From positions 355,818,001 to 355,882,000 of the forward strand of contig OZ024741.1 of the NCBI GenBank assembly GCA_964016885.1: a stretch of DNA of 64,000 nt, written 5' to 3'. Both the position numbers and the translations under genes were made by a program. Positions 24,294-33,977 of this stretch are shown here, piece after piece (within the stretch, counting starts at the first letter, position 1; each line of letters starts with the position of its first letter). The notes beneath the pieces were generated by a model. It was not told the origin of the DNA. It made no database searches and saw only the letters and a program-made list of their open reading frames with translations. Source of the DNA: Eledone cirrhosa. Its lineage: Eukaryota.

Positions 24294-24297
<4 letters not shown>
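19776..24297 (-). mobile_element. R4/Dong-type family 1, near full-length and potentially active copy (d)
   Basis: Single intact ORF, about 1.05 kb of 5'UTR and about 75 bp of 3'UTR. (TAA)n on both sides. Lacks about 26 nt at the 5' end relative to copy (c). Confidence 0.95.
19851..23243 (-). CDS. RT-CCHC-restriction-like endonuclease protein, 1130 aa
   Basis: Motifs WKSPGPDG, YRPITCL, IDYRKAFD, GIFQGDSLSP, FMDD, YKYLG, GGRGL, CRICG..ETVAHIVSEC, RHD, PD..VDVACP..KE.EK..Y. Confidence 0.95.
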   Translation of the reverse strand: METRTSCDRLSPNRCPLAQQQEPDCQPNTADVGGRRRRKGARTNWTKELNRTVMQCYLKSNPKERGYRRRMHNIWNEIGLFKLDEQKLAGQARVIRTNGWISELELEELSRENGLEMAGVVCQTSEPVGNEGEEVLRTEEPPEADNDLNTEINNTWNRDTATEEMNADGLGQDSVDLLNLVVDELNNDSGRPMNLRFVDRKKLKETTAKVNKVIPYLEARSLHQCNNILKATANTVRKLLGIKARGNNRQERAEPWWKKRLSGQIGEMRNDIGKLESLLNGTLKNIGTKNRLEIKYKTRSKKLNIIIEELKQRIVAKSAKIRRYENRVSQYKQNRMFDNNQKMLFGQLEGKERGNDLIPGAEQAKTFWRGIWEQDVRHNAQAGWIETVQREIGEKAQQQTDLSITVETLKGQAKKLTNWKSPGPDGVQGYWIKHLTSLHPKLTAMFNDCLVSGEVPEWLTKGTTVLIMKDRIKGNDVTNYRPITCLPVMWKLLTSIVSEEIYHHLHTNNLLPDEQKGCRKKSRGTKDQLLIDKMVMGNCRRRHTDLAMGWIDYRKAFDMVPHSWITKSLEVFRVADNIRQLLGRSMGSWETELTSTGVSLGSVKIKRGIFQGDSLSPLLFVLALMPLTIMLRKVRAGYRLERGELTINHLLFMDDLKLFGKSEKELDVLVDTVRIFSSDICMQFGIGKCGVIVMKRGRLSRSNGIQIPTGEMIKEIDSEEGYKYLGVLEADGIKNKKMKELLRTEYIRRVRSVLKSHLNSRNAISAVNSRAVSIIRYSAGILRWNVAEQKEMDRKTRKLLTIYNMFHKRSDVDRLYLRRSEGGRGLISIEDCVQMEKNNLYKYVTYSKEPMLRTVLKEGTVGQGMSKEEITSRRKSSLKGKSLHSTFFEKTEFRDPQTWNWLRRGDLKKATEGMLMAAQEQALKTKWLKHHIYKEEASPLCRICGEREETVAHIVSECKHLAQTHYKGWRHDVMGRVIHWHLCKVNNLPHSEKWYEHRPEAVMENSQVKVLWDFRIQTDKKLEHNRPDLVVMDKEKRSCLIVDVACPFDTRVQEKEREKINRYQDLKWEVKRIWNCHEVKVIPIVIGALGTISKGFQGWLKKIGPFTLFGTLQKACLLGTARTLRYVLNI

Positions 24298-24372
<75 letters not shown>
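24298..24372. repeat. (TTA)n microsatellite
   Basis: Pure run. Confidence 0.95.
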
Positions 24373-24611
24373 CACTATCTGTACATATATGCAACTTAAC
24401 AATATTCCGCATATCCGCTGAATATGCGGAAACCGGTATTGTAAAACAATGCTGAAACCGGTATTGTAAATAAATTAATGTTTTGATATCTCACTGAAAA
24501 AGTCTCTTCAACATTTTCTACTGAAAGAATCTTTTTACTTTCTACTATTTGTTTTCATATATATATCAACTCGTGTGTTACTTTTCTACATTCGATATAT
24601 ATATATATATA

Positions 24612-25445
24612 GGGCGGGTAAAATTCCCGAGATCCATGGACGAGTTCTCTCCAGCAGTCTCTATCTCTCATCATCGCCGCCATGTCCTGCGTCTCCAAGA
24701 AACCTGTGTCTGTCCTTAGGGTATCAACATAAGTTCTTCATTCTCAGTGTATACTTATTAATGTTCAGAGCCATCCTCAGCATTCTCGTGTAGCACACAT
24801 CTACAATCTGAGTGAGTTTCTTGGTCAGTGTCCAAGTCTCAGACCCGTACAGTAGCACAGACTCCACTACAGCAACGAAGAGACAGATCTTCAGGTCTTT
24901 ACGAAGGTCCGACTTACACACCGATCTCAAACTGTGACACGCCGCCCAGGCTTTGCTCTTCCTCTCAACCACATCATCCTTTGTGTTCCCAATCTTTGCT
25001 CCCAGATACAGGAAGTCCTCGACCAACTCTAGCGGTTTACCGCCTCCATTCATAATCTTCTCTGGCTTCTTAATATTCTCTACCAGATACTTCGTCTTAA
25101 TATCATTCATTCTCAGCCCCACACTCATTGACACAGTCGCCACCTCCTGCATCAACTCCTCTGCCTCCTTCACTGTGTTTGTCACTAGAACTATGTCGTC
25201 AGCAAATTCAGCATCTGATATCTTTTTCGCCTTAAGTCTCCTGCTCTGAGCCAGTGCTACAGTAAAGCCAGAGTCTTGGTGTTTCTCCAGCGCAAGGCGC
25301 ATACAATAGTCCACTATGATGATAAAAAAGTAGGGAGCCAATGTATCTCCCTGAAGCACCCCAGCCAGTATCTCAAAAAACTCCGTCATCCCATCAGGTG
25401 TAATGACTTGGGCTTTGGTGTTGGTGTAGAGCAGTGATACCAGGT
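24612..25445 (-). mobile_element. RTE/RTEX-like LINE, 5'-truncated and internally deleted, ending in (TA)n
   Basis: ORF 24724-25470 contains GVLQGDTLAPY, FADD, FLYLG and LLYGSETW. The 3' end matches 37950-38307. Confidence 0.85.
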
Positions 25446-25651
25446 TCCTTCCTTTTACACACACATACATCCACGCAGAAAAAAGACGTAAAGAGAGAAA
25501 ATTAGTATGAGGTAGTCAAACTACTCTTCTCTTTTTACGTGTTGTGACAGAATCGCAGAAATTTATATATAGATATTTGCTGTTTTGAACCTACTTAATA
25601 AATTCTTTAGATATACCGGGGTAGAGATAAACACTGCTGCATATGTCAGTA

Positions 25652-25704
<53 letters not shown>

Positions 25705-25705
<1 letters not shown>

Positions 25706-26589
25706 GAAGAGGGTCAGAAAAGTTCCAGGACGCATGTCACAAAATATTTATTTCAACCCAAACTTCACACTAAGAGTTTCCTCCTTCAAAGTAATCCCCC
25801 TGAAGCCTAATGCACTTTTCCATCCTTTTCTGCCACGCTTGCATGCACTCCTGGAAGGATTCTTCCGTGATCCTTCGCAGTTCCGGCGTCACGGCCTTTT
25901 TGATGTCGTCCACGTCTTCAAAACGGGTCCCCTCCGGGTCGTACTCGAAGATCCATGACTCATCACCGGTGATGACTGTCCCTAGCAAGTCTGGTTCGGT
26001 TTCAAGACGCTCGAGGATGTCCTGGCACACTTGCATGCGTCGACCCTTCTGGTCATCATTCAACAGTTTTGGCACCATCTTCGCGCAGACTTTCCGCATG
26101 TCGGAATCTTCAGTGAGAATCTTCCAGACGCTGTCCCGATTAATTGCCCAGCTCATTTGCCATCAGTCGAACAGTCAGTCGACGATCGCTACGCACCATC
26201 TTCCTGACGCGCTCAACGTTGACCTCAGTCCTGGTTGTTGAGGGCTTTCCGCTCCTGGGGTCATCTTGCACCACTCAAAAACACGTGAGCGTGACATCGT
26301 CTCATCTCCATACACTTGCTGCAGCAATCCCAGGGCTTCTGACGGAGATTCCCCCAACCGTACCAGAAACTTCAAGTTTGTTCGTTGCTCTGTGCTCATT
26401 GCTTGACAACCTGAAACAGAGGACCTGTATATAAAATCATGAAGAAAAAAGTTTGATCGCTGCAGAGAGTTAAGATTACAGTTACATACTCCAGGGGGAT
26501 TACTTTGAAGGAGAAAACTCTTAGTGTGAAATTTGGGTTTGAAATAAATCTTTTGTGACATCAGTCCTGGAACTTTTCTGACACACCTC

Positions 26590-26590
<1 letters not shown>
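25705..26590 (-). mobile_element. Tc1/mariner transposon, internally deleted, with ~100-bp inverted ends in (TA)n
   Basis: Transposase remnants MSTEQRTNLKFLVRLG, KMVPKLL, TGDESWIFEYDPE and GDYFEG. 25705-25803 is inverted against 26491-26590. TA flanks. Confidence 0.9.
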
Positions 26591-26641
<51 letters not shown>

Positions 26642-26654
26642 GATGTCACAAAAG

Positions 26655-26737
<83 letters not shown>

Positions 26738-26894
26738 AATGGAAAAGAATGAAACGAAATTTCATTTCTCACTCTTAGTACGGATGGTACTTAAATATAA
26801 GTATGTATACGTACATACATATATGTATACATCCTTTAACATGCATAAGGAAAGTATATACTTTCAAACGTTCAATCATCTGACAGGAAGGTAT

Positions 26895-26937
26895 ACGATG
26901 CTGACGATAGCTAATAAGCTTGAAACTAGTTCATCGT
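26895..26937 (+). ncRNA. Minimal type I hammerhead ribozyme
   Basis: ACGATG-CTGACGA-TAGCTAATAAGCTT-GAAA-CTAG-TT-CATCGT: 6-bp stem I, canonical core, palindromic stem III. Confidence 0.85.
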
Positions 26938-27325
26938 TCCTTTGTGAGTGTTGAACAAAAGGGCGACGATGGTTGCCGAACACTGTACGGCGTAATACGG
27001 GCTGTTTGTTTACAAACAAATCGAACTTTATAATAAATGGTCGGTAAACCCATACGTACATATATATATGTGTGCCTGTATGTATATATATATACATACT
27101 ACTGTACGTCTGTATACATATATGTATGTACGTACACATACTTATATTTAAGTATCAGCCGTACTAAGAGTGAGAAATGAAATTTCGTTTCATTCTTTTC
27201 CATTTATCGTTTTCTGTGCGCCCGTCCAACTAACTCACTCGATATGCAAATTAGGCTGCCCAGCCGTTAATATGCATAAGGAAAGTATATACTTTCAAAC
27301 GTTCAATCATCTGACAGGGAGGTAT

Positions 27326-27368
27326 ACGATGTTGACGATAGCTAATAAGCTTGAAACTAGTTCATCGT
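27326..27368 (+). ncRNA. Hammerhead ribozyme, second tandem copy (C3 to U)
   Basis: ACGATG-TTGACGA-TAGCTAATAAGCTT-GAAA-CTAG-TT-CATCGT. Confidence 0.7.
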
Positions 27369-27387
27369 TCCTTTGTGAGTGTTGAAC

Positions 27388-28536
27388 AAAAGGACGACGA
27401 TGGTTGCCGAACACTGTACGGCGTAATTCGGGCTGTTTGTTTACAAACAAATCGAACTTTATAATAAATGTTCAGTAAACCCATACGTACATATATATAT
27501 ATATGTGTGCCTGTATGTATATATATATACATACTACTGTACGTCTGTATACATATATGTATGTACGTATACATACTTATATTTATATATATATATATCG
27601 AAGAAAATACATATCATAAGAGTAGAAGAGAAAGAACTATGATATATATATATATATATTAATCAAAATGTTAACAAATGAAAAATATATATTTTATTAT
27701 ACATATTTCAAAGGTGCTATGTTGTTTAAGTACGTTTTCATCAGAAAAAATATATGATTTGATATGCGACATACAGCTACGGTTTTGATTATTCAATTCC
27801 AGTATTGGCAGTGATTTATTTCATCAAATCTCAACGTTTTTATACCACAAATAATATGATAAACTTAAAGAAGAAAAGGACGTAGAGCAAGTTAGAGATA
27901 TAAGAGGAAAAGGCAATAAATAAATAAATAAATAAATAAATGAATAAATAAATAAATAAATGGATGAAGGAGTAAAAGAAGAAAAGAAATATATAAAAGA
28001 AAAGAGGAATAAAGACAAAGGAGAGGGAAAATTATCATATTATTTATCATATTATTTGTGGTATAAAAACGTTGAGATTTGATGAAATAAATCACTGCCA
28101 ATACTGGAATTGAATAATCAAAACCGTAGCTGTATGTCGCATATCAAATCATATATTTTGTCTGATGAAAACGTACTTAAACAACATAGTATCTTTGAAA
28201 TATGTATAATAAAATATATATTTTGATTATGAGAATATTTTTCTTTTGTTAACATTTTGATTAATATATATATATATATATATATATCATAGTTCTTTCT
28301 CTTCTACTCTTATGATATGTATTTTCTTCGATATATATATATATAAATATAAGTATGTATACGTACATACATATACGTATACAGACGTAAAGTAGTATGT
28401 ATATATATATACATACATGCACACATATATATATATACGTAATGTTTTACTGAACATTTATTATAATGTTCGGTTTGTTTGTAAACAAACAGCCCAAATT
28501 ACGCCGTACAGTGTTTGGGAACCATCGTCGCCCTTT
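27388..28536. repeat. Long inverted repeat with ~480-bp arms and a ~180-bp A-rich spacer
   Basis: 27388-27863 is the reverse complement of 28043-28536 with a few mismatches and indels. Confidence 0.9.
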
Positions 28537-28849
28537 CTTGCTCACACCTCACTCGCGTCGCACGGTCTGCTGTCTCTCGCTCATGAAATCCTCACAGCTT
28601 AAGCTGATCGGACTCCCATGTGCTTGTTTTTTCCTATCTTTGCGTTGCTATCCTTCTATGTTTGTTTACTTGTCTCGCTCGCTTTACGCGATTTACTTGT
28701 CCCAATAGCTTTATTTAGCTATTGCTCGCACCAACTGATTTTTAAAGCGATGAAATACCAATGAAGGTTGGAAAATCACTGATGAAGGACTATTTTTATC
28801 ACATGTACCCCATGTATTCATTCTTCTCATGTTTTATATGTATATAGTG

Positions 28850-31800
28850 AAAACTTGGACGGGAACTGGAACAAGAACAGAGAGGCAGTACAAATAAAAG
28901 TTTATTAGGTTCACGCTCTTGAGAGTGGTGGGGGGGGGAGGTTTCGGGCATAAGCCCTTCATCAGGAGAAAAGTGTGTAGGCAGAGATTTCCGAGGGTGT
29001 GTGGGGGAGTGGTGAAGAGACATTTAGAAAAAAGGGGGGGGGGGCGATGGAAGGGATACAAATAAAAATAAAAATAAATATAAAGATAAACAAGTGGTGG
29101 AAGGGTGTGAGGCGTGTAGGGGTGGTGGCGGGTGGAGTAGGGAGAGGGAGGCGGGGTCCGAGCGGGGAGGGCTGAAGGTGGTGTTTGTGTATGTGTGTGG
29201 GTGTACATGTGTGTGTGCGTGTGTATGTGAGTGTGAGAGTTGGGGGAAGAACGAGGTTCCATGTTCAGGAAAAGGTGTGTGCGTGGGGTGGGGTGTAGGT
29301 CGGTCTGTGCGTGCGTGTGGATGGGGAGGGGTCAGAACGGTGGGGGAGATGTGTGGATTTCGGAGGCTGAGTGTGTATATGTGGGGGTACACACGTATGT
29401 GTTGGTGTTTATACGTGGTGTGGATGTAGGTGGCGTGGTTCGAAAAAAATTGTGAGTGTATGTCCGTGGGTAAGTTCCTAAGGTAATTCCGTGGAGTGTG
29501 CGATGAGTGCTGGATATTACTCATGTTATGGAGTGGATAGTTGGAACGATGACCGGTGGTGTGGAATCCATTGGTTGTGGTGGTCGGACGTGCAGAGAGG
29601 TGGGGTGCGCGCGCAACAGGAAGTGGTCAGAGGGTCAAGGCAGGGTGAAGTGATAGCAGTAGAGGGGAATGACAGGTGGAGAAATGGTCAGTGTGTGGTG
29701 AGGACTGTGTCCGTGTGCGCGGAGGTGCGGTGGACAAGGGAGAGGTTGGGTAGTTGTGAAAGGTGGAGTGAGGAGGGGGTCACGTGGAGGGGCGGGGTGT
29801 GTATTAGTAGAGGTGTTAGAGGGATGTGTGTGTGAGGGGGTGTAGGTAGAGCGGGGAGAGGGAGAGGGAGAGAAAAGATGTTGGGGACGGAGGAGGGAAT
29901 GTAGTGTACTGGTGTGTGTGTGCGTGTTTGGATGAGTGTGTGTGTGGTAGAGGGGGTGTTAGTGGGTGTTAATATACTGGTGGTGGGGAAAGGGTTGAAT
30001 GCGGGTGTGTTAGTGGGGGTTAGTGGTGCTTGGGTGTGTGGAGTGGGTGGTGTATATAGGTGTGGGTGGTGTGTGTGTGAAGGTGTGTGTTCGTATGCGT
30101 GGGGTCGGGGGGGGGGGGGGGTGTTAGTGATATTAGTTGTGGGGTGGTTGGAGTGGATGTGTGGGTGAGGGTTAGTGGTGGTAGTAGGGTGTGTGGATAG
30201 TGTGAGTGCGTGTTATATGTACAGGTGGGTGGGTGGGTGATAGGGGGAGAGGTGGAGATGTTGGTATTGTTAGTTGGGGGAGGGGGAGGTAGTGGGTGGG
30301 CGTGTTAGTATTGTTAGTTGTGGGGTGGGCCAAGGTGGTGGGCGGTGAAAAGGAGGAGTGTGTTAGTGGTGGGTGTTCCGTGGCATTGGAGTAGGCCACA
30401 GACTGAGGTGGTGAGCGGAATGTCCAGAGAAGCCAAAGTGGTGGGCGATGGGGGAACTCCCGCCGAGACGAATATCCCGGAGGTGTTCAGTGAAACGGTC
30501 CGCCAGGCGACGTCCAGTCTGTCCGACGTAGGTTGCGCTGCACTCCGTGCAGCGAAGTCCATAGACTAGGTTGGAGGAGGTGCAGCGGAAGGCGTGCCGG
30601 AGAGAGAGAGAGTGACCGTTGGGACCCTGGAAGATGGTGGTGTTAGTGATGTGGGGGCAGATGTGGCAACAAGGCCTGGAGCAGGGAAGGGAACCTGGGG
30701 GGAAGAAGAGCGTGGGTTACGGGGTAGGGAGGGTGCGGAGATTGTGTGCGCGTTTGAAGGAGGGGGGGATGGGAAGATGTGGGTGGTGGAGGGGTCGGAC
30801 TTGAGGCGTCGGATGAGGCAGAGATGGTGCGGTGGAGGGGTAGGGTGGAGGGGTGGTAGGTGATGGGGAAGGGGAGACGGTGGGTGGGTGTGCGGTGGCG
30901 TGGGGTGAGGGCGGTAGAGCAGTGGACAGCACGGGCGCGAGTGAGGGCGGTGTGGACGAGGGGGGTAACCTCTCCGGATGAAATGGCTGACTAGGGAAAG
31001 GGCCTGGGACTCAAAGTCAGCATCTCGGCTGCAGAGGCGGCCGATCTGGAGGAGTTGGGAGTAGGGAATAGAGTGTTTTGTGTGTGTTGGGTGGGAGGAG
31101 GTGAAGTCGAGGTAGGAGTGAGAGTCGGTGGGTTTGAAGAAGGCGGAGGTAACGAGGGAGCGGTGGGAGGGGTCGATGGCGACGGAGATGTCTAAGAAGT
31201 GGACGTGGGTGGTGGAGATAGAGGTGGTGAAGTGGAGGGAGGGGTGGAAGGAGCAGAAGAAGGAGAGAAAAAGTCGAACTGTTTTCGGGTGAGGGTCGTG
31301 GCTCCGATACAGTCGTCGATGTAACGACCGTACAGTTCCGGCGTTGGGCCGGTGTACTGGGCAAAGATTTGGGCCTCAACATGACCAACGAAAAGGTTGG
31401 TATAGTTTGGGCACATTCTTGTGCCCATGGCTACCCCCGTGACCCGTTGGTAAAACTCACCCGAGAAGAAGAAGCAGTTGAGGATGAGGACCAGCTCGGC
31501 GAGGCGAAGGAGGGTGGGGTGGATGGGATGGGGGAAGGGCGAAGGTCGAGGTAGTGCCTGAGGGCATGTAGGCAGTCGGCGTGGGGGATGACAGTATAGA
31601 GTGACTTGATATCTAGGGTGAAGAGTAGGGGGTGTGGGCCGGGTGGGAAAGTGAAGGAGTCGAACAGGCGAAGGGCGTGGTTGGTGTCGGAGATGTGAGA
31701 GAGGAGGGTGGTGACGAGGGGGCCGAGGATGGAGTCAAGAAAGGCGGAGATGAGTTCGGTGGGACAGTTGCAAGCGGAGACGATGGGGCAGCCGGGGGTT

Positions 31801-32590
31801 GTCGGGTTTGGGGAGTTTGGGGAGGAAGTAGATAGTAGGGGTGCGGGGGGATGAGGGGGGAAGCGGTGGGAGGGAGGAGGAGACAAGGTGTTGGATGTTT
31901 TGTTGGTAGAGGGGTGTGGGGTCGGAGGGTAGATGGCAGTAGAAGAGGGGGTTACGGAGCTGCCTGAGGGCTTCGGCCGTGTAGAGATCAGCGCACCACA
32001 CCACCACGGCGCCTCCCTTGTCCGCCGGTTTGATGACGATGTTATCTCGGCTGCGGAGGGAGCGGAGAGCGAGGAGTTGGCCCGGTGTGATGTTATGCCG
32101 TTTGGAACTGTGGTGGAAGTCGAAACGATTTACTGCGCCAGGCGTCGACGAACGTGTCCAGGGTGCTAAATTGCCCTGGTGCCGGCGTCCAAGACGATGG
32201 TCGTTGGCCCAGGGCGAGAAACGGGTCTGGGGCGTCCGGAGCCGGTAGCGTTTGATGAAAATGTGCTTGTAGCTTCGTGCGTCGCACCAATCGCTCGACT
32301 TCCGTTCGGGTGCGGAACTCGTCGCTGTGCGGAGTGTGGGGTATGAAGCGAAGGCCTCTACTGAGGAGTGAGCGCTCAGGTGCAGAGAGGGGGAGGTCAG
32401 GGGGTATGGTGACAACAAGTGGGGTGGGGTGGGTGCGATTTGGGTGTGTGAAGAGGGAGGGTGTAGTGAGGGGTGAGGTGGGGTGAGGGTGAGGTGGAGG
32501 GTGGAGATGGGGTAGGGGTGTGAGGAGGAGGAGGGGGTTTCTGGTGGAGAGTGGTGGGCAGGGGTGCGAGGGGGGGGGGGGGGGGGGGGG
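28850..32590 (-). mobile_element. Penelope-like element 1, degenerate (RT, Cys-rich linker, GIY-YIG, pLTR with hammerhead)
   Basis: IKPADKGGAVVVW, PIVSACNCPTE, LDIKSLY, MGT..P.Y.NLF and RYIDDC. Linker PCSRPCCHICPH at about 30650-30700. GIY-YIG SNLVYGLRCTECSATYVGQTGRRLADRFTEH at about 30480-30575. Confidence 0.85.
28941..28966 (-). ncRNA. Hammerhead core in the Penelope pLTR (stems I and III decayed)
   Basis: Minus strand reads CCTGATGA-AGGGC-TTAT-GCCC-GAAAC. Confidence 0.65.
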
Positions 32591-33115
32591 TAATTTTATA
32601 ATTTTCTTATTTTTAAATTATTTGTCGAGCAATATTGGCCATGACTCCTGTAGGCAGGCCGCTGTCTTATTAGCAAACCACTTTCCACTGATTGACCTCG
32701 ATGTCACGTGTTCGATTCTTTTTGAATTTGCCACAGACGTAGAGGCAGTGATTTTCTCAATGGCTTGGAATTCAGTCCACGCTTCGCTATTTCCTATCCA
32801 CTGAATTATTTTTTAATAAGTTTCCAGTGTCCTCGCTTTGCCTGGAAACTTACATGAGAATAGACTTTCCTGACGACGGAATGCTTCCCCATATTATTCT
32901 TCGGAAAATATATTTACTCCATTCCAGAAACTAATTAGTTGGAAGTGATATTTTAGTAAGTAAGTTAATTTTATAATTTTCTTATTTTACGTCTCTTATA
33001 TTATTGTTCTGCAACCCCATGCATTGAACCACACTGTTATTAAGACAAAACCTATATATTTGCTAGCATTGATATGCATCTGTATGTATATATATGTTAC
33101 TAGATATGAATTCTT

Positions 33116-33192
<77 letters not shown>

Positions 33193-33481
33193 AGGTGTCT
33201 AATTTAAAATCTGTTAAAAATTGGAAATGAGGCAGGAAAATTAACGGAACATATGCATAAGGAAAAAATATATAAATGATTATATAAAAATTAATATGTG
33301 AGAAATATAATATATGAAAATATATAGAAAATTATAAAAGCATATGTGTATATACACAAACACCTTCAGATATAAGTGAAATATATATATGTATACATAT
33401 ATGCATATATATACACAAACATACATATAACTAAACACACACATACACACACGCACACACACACACACACATATATATATA

Positions 33482-33977
33482 TGTAGCGGCCCCTTACGTA
33501 TGGGAGTTGCGTCCCTTTACGACGGTCGTAATCGGCACGTATAGGAGTTACGTCCCTTTGCGACAGGCGCGACCCCCATTGGCAGATTCATGTACTAAAT
33601 GGAGTTGCGTCCCCCTGGGGACTATAAGTTTGAGGGCTGCCTAGGCATAAGCCTCTCTCGCACCCTGAACCTCGAAGGGACAACAAGAACACCTGAGACC
33701 TTGTCAAGAGATGACTCCTGTCTCACTTCCTTCGCCAGCAAGAAGAAAAATACCGGCAGCCTATAGAAATACTAACACCTCCAAGAGAAGATTTCTGTTC
33801 TTCTCTACACATTCCAGTCTGGGAGTTGTGACCAACTGAACATCAACATGTGGTAACAAATTATTTATATTAATTTATTTGACTTCTGTGATGTAAAACC
33901 TTGTCCCAACACACACCTGCATTTATTGTCATTCTTGATAATAAATATATATGTACACTGATACTAATCTCCTAAAT
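33482..33977 (+). mobile_element. Probable 5' LTR of a Gypsy element, followed by a primer-binding site
   Basis: Starts TGTAG after (TA)n, has TATAA and AATAAA, and is followed by TGGTGACC at 33978. Contains three GGAGTTRCGTCCC repeats (about 33502, 33543, 33601). Confidence 0.6.

Larger units (their letters stand above)
26737..27585 (+). mobile_element. Non-coding 431-bp tandem repeat carrying a hammerhead ribozyme (retrozyme-like or non-autonomous Penelope pLTR), preceded by an inverted partial unit
   Basis: Units start at 26841 and 27272. 26737-26835 is the inverse of about 27110-27205. No credible ORF. Flanked by (TA)n. Confidence 0.75.

Noticed and set aside
24396-24470. Hammerhead-like 3' half (stem, GAAA, CCGG, TA) with a duplicated GAAACCGGTATTGTAAA
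   Set aside because: The CUGANGA box is missing, so this is at most a relic.
28161-28180. CTGATGAAAACGTAC (and its inverse at about 27731; similar at 46125)
   Set aside because: No stem II or stem I, so not a hammerhead.
28779-28800. CTGATGAAGGAC
   Set aside because: No closing stem or GAAA; truncated or chance.
32870-32915. CTGACGA...GAAA-ATATAT candidate hammerhead
   Set aside because: No stem I pairing.
33500-33620. Three spaced GGAGTTRCGTCCC repeats resembling a CRISPR array
   Set aside because: Short, irregularly spaced, inside an LTR, in a eukaryotic context with no cas genes.
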